Under the pieces are notes generated by a model, which ran no database searches, was not told the origin of the DNA, and saw nothing but the letters and a program-made list of their open reading frames with translations. This document shows, in pieces, positions 33,361 through 45,905 of a stretch of DNA of 64,000 bases. Within the stretch, counting starts at the first letter, position 1. The number at the start of each line of letters is the position of its first letter. This DNA is from Gekko japonicus (lineage: Eukaryota): the NCBI RefSeq assembly GCF_001447785.1, contig NW_015168690.1, forward strand, positions 332,669-396,668. The letters are read 5' to 3'. Position numbers and translations under genes: made by a program.

Positions 33361-34634
33361 AAGAGCTCAACATTGCATTTCAAGATCATAACTTAATCTA
33401 TCACATGCTGTGCTACTTTTTAAATTTAACTATACACATAATAGCACTTGGAAAAAATGTGCAGTCTGAAGCGGTACAGTTCATTCTACCTCTTCAGTCT
33501 TACTACCACCTCATTCTGCTGCATGCCTGGGCCTCAGAGGTTCAGAGAACTGGTTTTGTCACACATGGAAACCAATGTGGCCAGCCATCACCCATTCACA
33601 CATCTATTATTCTCATGTCTTAAAATCAGTCCACCAATCTGTTTTTATTGGAATAGTTGGGACAAATTGTATGGTGTGTGCACAGCTGAGAGAATTAAAT
33701 ATGTCAATGACTACATTGTGAAACATGCTTCCGAAGAAAAAAGTTTAATTTCTTAGTAAACATGCATAGAAACAGGCTTCACAGTTCTAGAATCTCCTCC
33801 TGTGTTTTTCAAGACATAAGTGTTTTATAGTTTGATACCATCGACAATCCTCTAGACAAAATGATCGTGATAGACAAGGAAGGTTCTTGATCATAGAAAG
33901 GAAAACTTTTGGGCATGTTATTTTAAATTTCTGTCTCTACCTGAGTCAGTTTAAGAAAAATAAATGCATTGGATAGCACAAAGACCAAACAGTTACAAAT
34001 GAGTCTCTATGGAGAGACTGAGAGAATTCATTTAAATCAAATTATATCTTCATTTCCTTTTCTGAAGCCTCAGAAATGTTTGCTAAATGACGTTTTTTGT
34101 CTTTGTATCATAGACAGAAATAATTTACTATGATGGTTTTTCCCACAGGCAGAAAAGTAATTTTAATCAATACATACTAAACTGTTATTACAGCTATTGT
34201 TCTATCTTTATTCAGCCTGCCCTTCTTAATCAAGCAATCCCCCCTCCCATTTCTGTTTTGTAAACTACTACAATGGCAGATTTCTACCACCTAGTGGATA
34301 AAGTCAACACTCAGCTCAAAATCTTAGTAGAAACTCACTCCCCTGGGAACCGCACCTTACATCCCCCTTGCAAACCCCTCTGTCAAATTCTGCTGTGGTG
34401 TTTGTACACTGTTGAGAAAGGATTGTCTTAGACACTTTTCCGTTTGCTGCTACAATGTTTGCAAATCTGGCCTTCAAAATGATGATACCTGCTAAGTAGA
34501 TAATACAATGAAAGAGATGACTCATGATTGTATAAATGGAAACATAATTTAAGTTCTCATTGATTTTGAAAGTTACATATTTAAAATTAAAACAAATAAT
34601 CTGAACCTTGGCATTAAGACAGCTCTAGCAATAT

Positions 34635-35844
34635 TGTTAGCGGACGTCCTCTTGTGGAGGATTTATCCACTAGCCCAAATCCGTTTTATATACAACGGGG
34701 GCTTATTCTGAGTCCTTGTGACCAATTGTATACAGAGATCAGAACCAGAAAAGACACTCTTTTCTCCCCTTTAGAAAGAGACAACACAACAATGGGTGTT
34801 TAAAGAATAAATGTTGTCTTTACTAAATACTGCTGATTTCTCAAGCACGCAAAAACAGATGCGTTCACACATACACTCAAATTCCTTTAGTTACAGTAGA
34901 TACATAGAAAGCAATCAGTAAGAAAAATAATAACTTCAGACTAACAGGGAGGTAATACACAGAAGGGTAGCGGTTGATACTTATCTGATTCAGGGAATAA
35001 AATTGGTCTTCTTAACGAAGGAAGCAGGAATAAAAGATCTCACCAGAGGGATCCTCCTTCACACGGGTGGACCAGCCAAACACGTGTGGGCTATCTTGGT
35101 GTGCACTTCCAAGAAAGCACGTGAGAATCACCCCTAGCGGAGCTCAGGTTGTTTAGGTGGGGGGGGTGTTGTCTAGCTAGCTTGGTTTGCTAGCTGGCAC
35201 AACTTAAGTTACAGAAAGGTGGGGGATGGCTAGCTAACAAAGCACAAAAGGTGTGCAACGCTTTATAAAACCTAGGTTGGGGGTTGGCATCAGAGCCAAC
35301 CTGGTCCGTCCCCTTCTCCATCTATTGGTTGATGAGAGGTGATGCATCTACCTAAGGGGAGTGGGCAATATTCAAATTCTACCCTTAACCTCAATGGGAA
35401 CCATTTGGTCAGGTGTCAAAGTTGTATTGTCATAGTAACCTTTGAATTGCAGATGCTGGCCTGGTCCAGAGCTGACAAACAGGATGTCCCCATTTGTGAT
35501 TCAAACCAGATACGAGGGGTTACATGTTATCCAGAAGATCTTCAATAGTGGAATGTTGTTGTTTCCAAGAGTCCATGTGACTGAGCATAATGGAGAATGT
35601 CTTCTTTGTCCCAAGGCATGATGGGAAGGTCTGGGTGTGAGTGTGTGTGTCCATTAGCATACCTATGCAGGCAGAGCAGATCCAGCACTTGGCATAGCAG
35701 CTTTCAGGTGCAAGCAAGCCAAAGCAAGCAAACTCAAGGCACACAGCATTTCCCAAACCCCTTACACACAAATGCAGAGACATTACAGACATACAAGCAT
35801 CAGCATAGCACAAATAAAATACATTTTAAGCACACTTGCCAACA
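34635..35844 (-). mobile_element. Solo LTR family B
   Basis: TGTT...AACA termini; 4-bp TSD ATAT/ATAT. Confidence 0.8.
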
Positions 35845-36245
35845 ATATGTAACAACTTTTGTGACAATGGCTGTTGTTAGCTCTCCACTTTGGCATCAGT
35901 TTATTCATTTCCTCCCAAGGCTTCAGTAACTTTCCCAAGAACACAAAAGATCTCTATAGCAAAGGAAAGACCAGTTATATTCTAAACCCCTGGCTAGCTG
36001 CTGGCAGAAGAGGGAGGGGATGTTGCAGTTATGACATGACAACTCTCCCCCTCAATTTTCCCCTGCTGCCCTGCGGAGAGGCAACAAGGCTAGCAGGCAA
36101 AGGACAGAAGGTCTCCTGCCACAGCAAGAGACCTGGTAAGCCAATGCATCACCCACTGCCTTGAACAATTATGCATGTGGTTATATAATTACACCGTGTG
36201 TTCAAGTGGGCCAGTGGTAACTGTCTTCATGTGAATTCCCGAGAC

Positions 36246-36625
36246 CAGGGCTTTTTTTGTAGAAAAAGCCCAGCAGGAACTCATTAGCATAATAGGCCAC
36301 ACCCAACAGCAGAAACCCATTAGCATATTAGGCCACACCCCAACAGCACAGTTTATTAGCATATTTGACCACACCCCTATGCCTTCCATTGGCTTTCCCG
36401 GGCAAGCCGGCCCTTGGACAGGCCAGGGAAGGCACGGGGATGTATTTAAATGCCTCCCCGATCCTTCCAGGGGCCCCCCACCCCCGAGTCACCGGGGGGA
36501 GGGGTCGCTCTCCAGGCCTTCCCTATGTAGCCATGCACGCAGAGGTTTTGGCTGTAGTGGGTGTGGCCAACTCTGAAGCCAGCCAGAAATCCGTTCCTGT
36601 GCGTTCCTGCCCAAAAATAGCCCTG
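36246..36625 (+). mobile_element. hAT MITE with internal CATTAGCATA..GGCCACACCC repeats
   Basis: CAGGGCT..../....AGCCCTG TIRs; perfect TSD CCCGAGAC. Confidence 0.9.
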
Positions 36626-37122
36626 CCCGAGACTAACATCTATACACTGGGTGTCAACCAAGTCTCTAATGACAACACTAAGGACTGGATCCAGCCAGCT
36701 TTTTCACCCCATCTCATTCAATTCCTCTTCATATTACAGCCCCCATGGCTTTTGTACATGCAGTTCCCATTATGCTTAGCATAACCTTTTTGAGTGAGCA
36801 CAGCAACATCCCTTTCCCTTTTGATCCAACCCTGAGATCAGAGGATCTGAGGACAGTTTTTCTGGCTACATTTTGTACCCAGGTACAGATACCCAAGCAC
36901 ATAGTACACACACACTGGATCAATTGTGAAGGACACATATGTATAAATTAATTACATGGCTGCTTTCCCCCTTTAAAATCCATGAATACTGATTCCAGTT
37001 ATTTTAAATTGAAAAGCAATATACACATGAATGCTTTGCATTTTGTACTTGTGTTCAAAGTATAGCTTCAGAAACTATCCTGAAATTTAGCTACATTCTG
37101 AGGGACTACATTCTGCTCTCTA

Positions 37123-38191
37123 TGTTAGAGAATGAGATTGATATTTGTTTTATGGACTATTTATTGCTACACACAATGGACTGTGCACACACACATGCAG
37201 GCTCAGAAGACTGTACACTATAAGTCACCTGTTGTGATACTACACATAGAAGGTGCATGCACATGCCTTACACGTAAATAAGATTTCAGCTACACAGTTA
37301 CCTAGACTGGTGAAGAAGCACAAACCTCCATTATTGTGAGCAAGGAGAAACAACAATTCTGAGAAGAAACACCCCCATTGCAGAACTGTTTGTGGTCACG
37401 TACCACCCATCACTGCTTTGTTCCTGAGAAGGCATTTCCTGCCAAATGGACATTTGGTTTTCAATAGAATGGCCAGCTTCATCAACACTACAATGGAGCA
37501 TCTTGACGCCAAGGTTTCACACCTGCCCAGATGCCATACTCTGAGTAAGGTCTTAGATTACAATATTGGCCACTCCTTCTAGGTAACCACCCCTCCCTAC
37601 ATGCAACCAATAGGATTGTTTTTGGGACGAACTAACAGGTAGGTGGGTCAAGAGGTTGGCACGGTCACAACCCATCTCTTGGACCCCCTATAAAAGGAAA
37701 GGACCATTCACCTGGCCCTTCCTAGCTAGCAATCCCCGCAACAACCCCTATCTGCTTTTACTCCCCTTGAGTCCCACTTGCTATCCCCAACCCTTGCCTC
37801 TACTTTGATCTCTTGATCTGCAGTCAAGAGACCCCCCCACACAGTCCAGCTAGTTCTGGTAGTGTGGATCCCTTTATTTTCTATTTCTTCCCATCCATTC
37901 TTCATTGGAACAACCAAGCTGCAGGACAGATAAGTATTGCCCACCATCACCCCTACCTGCTAATGCAACCGTGCTTATTTTAATACTGTATTTCTAAGGA
38001 ACTTGATTGAATGTGTGAGTGCGTCAGTATTGTTTGTATGAGATATATTTTTAAGTAAAAGACATCTATTTTAACTACAACCACCTCGAATCTTTTACTG
38101 GTAACCCTTTGTGGGAACAGGACCTTGGTATAGTTGGCAAGAACCCATTTATAAATTGCCAATTGCTGTAAATAAAGCAATTCGGCTAACA
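37123..38191 (+). mobile_element. Solo LTR family A copy 2
   Basis: TGTTAG...CTAACA termini, 4-bp TSD TCTA/TCTA. Confidence 0.9.
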
Positions 38192-38662
38192 TCTATATGC
38201 GGCCTTTATGATCCCAAAAAAACCTCTACATGATCAGTTGTTTAGGAAACCCAAGGAGCTTGTGTTTCTCAACAACTACTACCATACTACATGCCAAACT
38301 TTTAAAAAGCAGGTAAACACATTTTAAAATCCCTCTGGCCATGACTTTTGGTGCACTTAAAATAGCTCTATGGATTCTGGGTTCAGTTGACATTCACATA
38401 TAATGCATCCCAGATTAAAAACTGTAGAAATGTTCCACATACTTGTTTTCCGGATTTTGCATCACATTGGCTACCACCAGGTGTCCTTCCTCCCTTAATA
38501 GTGCACATTACAGTTGGAAATATTTCTTCGCATTCCAGGACAGTTTGCCAATGGAAAAAGATTTTATACTGTCAGGATTTTTTTTATGGAAGACAAAAAA
38601 CAAAAAAGAAAAGAAACCAGGGATTTGAAGCTAGCAGTTTTCACAACCTACAAAGAGCCATC

Positions 38663-39403
38663 TGTCATAAGCCAGCCAACTGCCTCCTCCTCTGAGGATG
38701 AGGAAATGGAGGAATCAGGCCCTGCACCAGTGGAATGCCTGCCTGAGCAGCTGGGTCTAGAAGTAGATCCAGTGAAAGAAGTGTCAGGAAACAAGAATGC
38801 TTTCCAGCCAGGCTACTCATTCTGGCAGGAGACAAAAGAAATGGGACACAGATCAGAGTATCAGTCTGCTGAAGACAGAGAGAGCACTTGACAGCTCGAG
38901 AAAGATGAAGAAGCACCTATTTAATTGGACAACAGTGACCAATACTAATTCCTGGATCAGAGTCATTACAAGAGCAGGAATAACAAGATGGTAGGAAGGC
39001 AAAGGGCTTGCACCTGGAGAATGATGGAAACAGCAATACCTGGGCTTGGGGGATAAGTCAGCTAATGAGGCAGATAAAAGGAACATGCTGAACAAGGCTC
39101 GATGTGGAAGTAACCTTGCTTGCCACCCCTCTGTGAGGTGACCCACTCAGTGAATAGAGTGCTGCCTTGCACTTTGTTCTGTTTAACCTGTGCTTGCTTT
39201 CTCAGATAAAAACCCAGACCCTGTCTCCTGCCCTGGCTTCCAAGCTTTGGACCCTGGACTCCAGACCTTTCTGTTCCCCTAACCTTTGGACTGAACCTTC
39301 AGCTCCCTGTCTCTGGACTGGTTTTGTCAACTTTGCTCTTATCTCTTGCCTTGATCAATTGTGATTGTATTTGTGCATCCTGGAAAGCCCGGGTAGAGTA
39401 AAA
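38663..39403 (+). mobile_element. Probable Gypsy-type solo LTR (old)
   Basis: TGTCA start, (c)tggact repeats in a U5-like part, flanks ccatc/ccacc. Confidence 0.45.
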
Positions 39404-39603
39404 CCACCAGGCTCTGTCCTGAATGTGATACCATTTCTATAACAAAAATTGGAATATTCATTATCATGTGTTTAAATAATGTCTATTCATTTTGTTTTTC
39501 TTAATACAATTCAAATATTTTTGAAATTGCTGTTTCAAACAATGGGTCACACAAATATTTTTCTTAAAGGGTTTGAGGATTTCTTTTGTCAAAGATAGTC
39601 TTG

Positions 39604-40048
39604 GGCCCCGGTCACACTGGGGGAAATAGGTGAGGCCAAAGTGTGGCTTTTTTGAGCCGCACCAAAAGAGACATGTGGCGGCAGGATCAGACAGATCCCC
39701 CCAGCTGCCGCGCAGGTCCTCCCCGGCACGATCAGATGCCGGGAGGAAGCCATGGACCGGAGAGCAAGGCCAGCCCACTGCGCATGCGTGTGCATGTGCA
39801 GTTCGGCAGGACCTCACATGCTGAGGGAGAGACGGGCACACCGGCGATCAGATGGCTGTCCCTGTAGCGGCTTTTCAGGTAGGTAGTAGTGTTTTCTAGG
39901 GGTTTTTTTGATGTGCAGTTTTGCCCGGAAGGGACGGATCGGGGATGGGTGCGTGCCACTTCCCAGATGTTGCAGTGTGATTGCGCCCTCTTGACGCACC
40001 CCCGATCCGTCCCTCTCACGTGGCAAATCCTCCCATGTGACCGGAGCC
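39604..40048 (-). mobile_element. PIF/Harbinger-type MITE, same family as 23966-24409
   Basis: GGCCCCGGTCACAC / TGTGACCGGAGCC TIRs; homologous body. Confidence 0.75.
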
Positions 40049-40899
40049 ATAGTTTCAGATTGGACACTAGATGGAGTACTGGAAAATCAAGACAATGTTA
40101 TGATACTACTTGATATAGGGAAAGAGTTTCCTCTTAATAAGAAAATATCTACACTACAAATGTACAGCAATTTTATTGATTATTTAATACATTTTTACCC
40201 AAGACTTCAGCAAATTATACATGTACTCCTCTCCTCCATTTTTAACCTAATTACAACTCTATGAGGTAGGCTGACTGGCCTTAGAGCAAAGTGGGGATTC
40301 AAACTGAAACTCCCAGATCCTAGTCTGACACTAACTGCTACAAAACACTGGTGTTTATACCTGTATGGCTTCCCTCAAAAACCTGGTAACTGTAGTTAGC
40401 CAAAGAAGATAAGATTTTGTTAGTCCCCTGCCACTCTCTCTCACACACCAAAGGAAAAAGAAACTTCTTTAAGTTTCCAGGAGAGGGAATGACTGCCAAA
40501 CTAGTTTAAATTCATAGCACAGATATATTACTAGAGAAAGGAGTTATGTTATGGGGGGGGATGAATGTGTAGCATAGCATAATGTGTAGCATAGTTTAGT
40601 TGCCTGAACCATCTGGATTTTTAACATAATTTATTCTTTTCTGTGTAGCTTTCCCAGTGCGTCATCCTAGTAACGCATGTTGTAAGCAGTTTCTTTTTGC
40701 ATATTGCTATTCTGAGAATCCTACCCTGCCCAATCAAGAGAGTGCTGCAGGAGAAAACGCTCCACATTCAATCCAGCATACAGGTTCCTACAGTGCACTG
40801 CAAAACTGATAAGTCAAGGCATCTCCTCTAATAGCTGATCAACATTGTTTGAGATGGTAACACTAGTTACCAAACTGGTGGTAATAATATATGTAATCT

Positions 40900-41099
40900 A
40901 TGAAGCATACTAAATCAGACCATTGGTCCATAACAGTCAATATTGTCCACTCAAATTGGCATTGATTCTCCAGGGCCTTGGTCAGAGGCCTTTGACATCA
41001 CCTACTGCCTGGTCCTTTTAACTGAAGATGCTGGGGATTGAACCTAGGACATTCTGCATCCCAAGCAGAAGCTCTACCACTGAGCCACAGCCCTTCCCC
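40900..41099 (-). mobile_element. tRNA-derived SINE (Squam3-like)
   Basis: Minus strand ggggaagggctgtggctcagtggtagagc...ggttcaatccccagca (A and B boxes). Confidence 0.75.
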
Positions 41100-41631
41100 A
41101 GAACCACTGCTGCACATCAGGATCTTTATTTTAGTGCCATGCTCTCTGTTTGTGGAACACTATGATCTAAATGATGTGTCCTTTTCTGTGTTGAAGGATT
41201 GTTATGGCTACAGCTGATTGACTTTTGTAGAGTTGATTGCTGTTTTATAGTCTAAGATATTTGGTTGATGTTTCATCAGTGGGAGTTAATGACAGGACAT
41301 GATAGCTGGGGATAATTTCAGTCTTTCAGAATGATATACTCATCAGAGTTTCAGATAAAACAACATTTTGTAGTTGAANNNNNNNNNNNNNNNNNNNNNN
41401 NNNNNNNNNNNNNNNNNNNNNNNNGTGGTGCAATCTGGTGGGAAGCTACTTAAGTTGTATTCTGGGAATCTAGTGCTGAGTGTTGATAAAATACTTTTTT
41501 ATATACCCAGTTTGTATATTTATTTAAAAAAGCAGACAGAAGACTTCAGTGCTCTCTCATCTAAAGAAGCCCACCACACTGCTCCTAGAACATCTCACTG
41601 CTTGAAGAAAAGGACAAGAGTACAAAGATCC

Positions 41632-41862
41632 TGCCAACCTAGCAGTTCAAAAGCAACAAATTGCAAGTAGATAAATAGGTACCACTTCGGTGGGAAGGTA
41701 ACAGCGTTCCATGTGCCTCGGTGTTTAGTCATGCCGGCCACATGACCATGGAAACATCTTCGGACAGCGCTGGCTCTTCGGCTTCAAAACGGAGATTAGC
41801 ACCGCAACCCTAGAGTTGGATTCAACTGGCTTTCAAGCAAGGGAACCTTTACCTTTACCTTT
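41632..41862 (+). mobile_element. Sauria SINE 3' part
   Basis: gtagataaataggtacc...gccggccacatgacc...(ACCTTT)n. Confidence 0.88.
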
Positions 41863-44099
41863 ACAAAGATCCTGCTAATCTTTCTGCAAGAAATTTGATG
41901 AAATTGCCTTCAAATTCCTTGTAGCTCTACAATGGTGTGGCTATGTGATGCAGACTGTGGTTACCACCATCTTCTCAATTTAACTCCCAAACCTCAGCTG
42001 ATACAGAAAGTGTTCATAAATGCTGAGCAACAAAGAGATTCTTCTGTTTCATTAAGCTCAAAAATGGCACCCTGCCATCTTGAGAACAAGCCACATTTCC
42101 CAAAGTGTGAAATTAGAGCAAACAATTATTAAAGTGATAGTACAAATGGGAAACAAAACAAAAATCAAAATTATTGATATATGCTGAAACTGTTCTGCTA
42201 CCCATTTATATGACTGTGTATACTTCAAAAATACAAATTAGCAGCATAGATGGGAACTTGATTCTTCTGGGAGAAAACTCATTGTTATTCAGCATATTGT
42301 GAAGTGCATTTCAAAAAAAGAAAAAATAACACTGGAGCCAGAGAAGAGTTAGGAAATAAAGAGATTCTGTAAATCCTTTCTTGAACTGAAGGCTGATGCT
42401 GAACTCCAGATGCAGTTGTTTCTGTTCTGTTCCTGTATATAACCGCCGATAGTACCTCTTCTGTAAAAACCAACTTCTAGTAGTTATGTTCGTTTATATG
42501 TACAGCTGCTTGTAAAATGACAACTGTTTTGCTTCTCTTTTGGCAGGGAGCACTGACTGTAGTCATGACATATCTGGACACTAAGTGAAGCTCTTGACTT
42601 TTACAGATGTTGAACTGCCGTGACTCTAAATTTGTACATTAGTACTTAGTGAGAATGGTTTTTTCTTTTGTTTGAAAATGCATTTTCATGAAGCTCTAAA
42701 TTAGGTCCAAGTTGTTACTTGTGTAAGCATTCCATGTTTCTCTGGTCACATATAAACAGACTTTATTGTCTGTTTGTGTAGTGTTGGCATGTCAGTGATG
42801 CACCTGCCCAGGCCATCATTCACTGATAATGCTAATGTTACATGTGAGCAAGCCAACAAGAGTGGTTAGTGACTGTAAATGGAAAGTTGACTCTGTAAGG
42901 GCATTTTTCATAACCCACATTCAGAGTAAACCAGGTCTTACTTACCCCTACAAAAATAGGGGAGATGGCTCCCCGGTTTTTGTTCTAAGCTTTAGCTAGG
43001 CCTTACTATTGTCCAGCCATCTTGGAGTCTGCCCTTCTGGGAAGCACAAGAAACAGCCTGACTCTCCGGATAGAAGTGTATCTTATTGTATCAGCAAAAG
43101 ATAGCCAGAAGACTGGCTTATCACCTTCAAAGGTCACTTGTTTGCTACAGAAGAACAAGATCCTCTGGAGGCAGGCCTGTAGCCAGGATTTTTTTTATCC
43201 TGGGGAGCTCTGAGGTTCTGGGGGGCTGCTGGTGCCAGGGGAGGGGGCTTAATAAAAATTTAAACCCCCACAAGGGTCCCCTCCCCTCTCTTCCACCCAC
43301 CATGGTGGGGGCAAATCTGGAGACCCGCCTTAGGGAAACATAGCTACGGGCAAATCTGGAGACCCGCCTTAGGGAAACATACAGTACCAAGGTCCATAGG
43401 CATAATCTATGGGGTGACTAGGGGGCAGAGGCTATCCCCGAAATTTTCCAGGGATGAATGAGTTCCCCCTGGGGCAACCAGTGGCCAGCACACCAGCACA
43501 CCAATTTCCCTCTCAGCACAGGGCTAGTGGGTTTCCCCCACCTGCACTAACTATAAAGTGGCATCCCACCTTCCAGCAGGAAGGAGCGATTTCGGAGCTG
43601 CTGCCATCGCTGCCAAAACCCAAGCCACCTTCCCACTGACACTGCTGCACCCAGCCATCCTTAAGGTCCTGGAGGGGGAGGAAGCAGAGCCGGGATCAGA
43701 GTGCGCCTGTGTGCCAGTTGGTGGGAAGGACGGAGGTTGGGGAGGAGAGGTGGGCAAGAATGGAGGCAGGGGAGGTCAGGGAGCCTTGGGCTGGCAATGC
43801 GGCTGACCGGCGCTCCTCTGTGGCCTTGGGTTGCCAGCACTGTCAGCAGCAAGTGGCTCGCTTTCTCCTGCGGTTTAAATTGGGATGCAGGAGAAGACGA
43901 GCCTCAGGAACTTCTGTCCCACAGAGAGCACACTGTTCCAGCAGCACAGAAGATCCTGGGGTTCGCTTTCTCCTGCAGTCAGTGTGTGTGTGTGTGGGGG
44001 GGCTTTCTCTCTCAGTCTTTTTCTCTTTTCTTTCTCTTTCTGTTGAGGTGTGTGAGAGCTGGAAGAAAGTGAGCTGCTCCCCCACACACACTCCAGCCT

Positions 44100-44410
44100 G
44101 ACTTTCCTTTCTTTCTTTCCTTCCCTTATTTCTGTCTTTCACTTCTCTCTCCCCATCTATTTCCTTTCTTTTCATCTCTCCCCTCTTTCTTTCTTTCTTT
44201 CTTTCTCTCTCTTCCTTCCTTTTCCTTCCTTCCCTCCTCTCTCTCTCTCTTTCCTCTCTCCACATTTATTTCCTTTCTTTCCATCCATCCCTCTCTCCCT
44301 TTCCATTTCTCTCTCTCTCTTTCCTCTTTCTACATCTATTTGCTTTCTTTCCATCCCCTCCCTCCCTTTCTCTCTCTCTATTTTTCTTTCTGTCCTCTCT
44401 CCACATCTAT
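44100..44410. repeat. Polypyrimidine (CT/CTTT) microsatellite abutting an assembly gap
   Basis: Directly visible low complexity; N run 44411-44582. Confidence 0.95.
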
Positions 44411-45299
44411 NNNNNNNNNNNNNNNNNNNNNNNNNNNNNNNNNNNNNNNNNNNNNNNNNNNNNNNNNNNNNNNNNNNNNNNNNNNNNNNNNNNNNNNNNN
44501 NNNNNNNNNNNNNNNNNNNNNNNNNNNNNNNNNNNNNNNNNNNNNNNNNNNNNNNNNNNNNNNNNNNNNNNNNNNNNNNNNNTGGGGCCTCAGTGGGGCA
44601 CAGTGCATAGAGTCCACCCTCCAGAACATTCATTATCTCCAGGGAAACTGATCTTTGTAGTCTGGAAATGAGCTGTAATTCTAGGGTATCCCTGAGTCCC
44701 ACCTGGAGGCCGGCATCCCTAGCTTCAGTGCTGAAATTGGAAACTCTGGTTCTGCTGTGTGAGATTGGGGGAGACATGCAGATCAGAGGCCTTTTAGAAT
44801 TTCCTTTTGTCCTGTGTACAGCCCAGAAAGAACATTGGCAAGAAATGTGCACTCTGTACACATTCATGCTCTTCATTTTGCTGTTACTTAAAATGGTGTG
44901 GTACAGTTTCAAAGGGATGTACTAAAAGAAATGACAGGATTGCCCATTGAAAACAATGGGAGAGGCTTGAAGGCCTGTTGGAGATAATTGGAGCCAGGAA
45001 TGCCAATTGACATGCATGGACTCCACTGAAATACATTGCAGCACAAAAAAAGTTGCAAAGAAAATGTGTAATGGTTTTTCCAATAAGGTTTTTAGGCCCA
45101 GATAACCTACTCTGGGACTGGAATGACAGCCCCCAGAGTGGAATTATGGTCCCTAGGAATAAAATCTGTGCTCTGGGACTCCCACCTTTTCCTGGGTGGT
45201 TGTATACAAGTATGTTGTGCCAGGTAAGTTTCCCTTCCTTTGGTTTGCCCACCAGTTTCATTAGATTTTTTTTTCTTAGAAATGTAAAAATACAAAATA

Positions 45300-45905
45300 G
45301 GATATTATGTACTGATGTAAATTGTGTCAGAATAATGTGACTTCAGGTTGTCAGTACATACTTAATGGTAATGGTTGAGTGTTAACCACCACCACCACCA
45401 TTGTAGAAGCCTAATTGGCAGAAAGAGAACATGTCAGTGGGGCGATTGGATTTGGAAAACTAGTTTAAGGAGAATTGTTGAATCTTCATTTCAGTAAGTA
45501 TGTATGTTCTGACAACTGAGGGTGCAGTAAATATGTTATAATATAGTGGATGTGACATAGAAATATATTTTCAGTTTCACAGCTAAAGGGTACCAGCTAT
45601 CTGAAGAAGCAAAAAGCGAACGCGGCATTGAAGCCAGCTGTGCATCGCTGCTACTCCTGCAGACGCAGAACCTTTGTCCTCCTGAAGCTGTTTATACAAA
45701 GGATTTGTGGACTTCGTTTAGAGTTTCCCCTTTGTATCAAGTACTTTTTTATCCTAGCTCTTTAAGAATATATAAGGGTTTGTTGAACTTTAACCAAGAT
45801 TTAAAACTGTTTGAATTGTTTTGTACAATATAATCTTTCTGCTTTTGTTCGTCATTCATTCACAGAGTGTCTTTATATTGATACGATCTCCTCCCGTGAG
45901 CTCTC
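45300..45905 (+). mobile_element. Probable Penelope-like pseudo-LTR with decayed hammerhead motif
   Basis: CTGAAGA-agcaaaaagc-GAACGCG at 45601-45624 in a locally CpG-retaining, T-rich segment. Confidence 0.45.

Noticed and set aside
32398-33373. Cluster of minus-strand ORFs, one with a hydrophobic stretch
   Set aside because: Antisense to the DIRS gag remnant
36282-36378. Spaced ~23-bp direct repeats resembling a CRISPR array
   Set aside because: Internal repeats of a hAT MITE with TIRs and TSD in vertebrate DNA; spacers are similar to each other and there are no cas genes
38514-38891. 125-aa acidic ORF (SSSEDEEMEES)
   Set aside because: Runs into an LTR-like repeat; no splice or domain support
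41030-41099. tRNA-like and 5S-like sequences as real RNA genes (also 79-160 and 27835-27952)
   Set aside because: Degenerate heads fused to SINE bodies; no intact cloverleaf or complete 5S ends
43307-43382. Short local tandem duplications (also 13191-13256, 15095-15144, 40563-40594, ~11880-12070)
   Set aside because: Ordinary slippage/repair duplications within repeats or introns; no functional signal
43843-44912. Long R/E/K-rich and X-containing ORFs
   Set aside because: Translation of a purine microsatellite and an N gap
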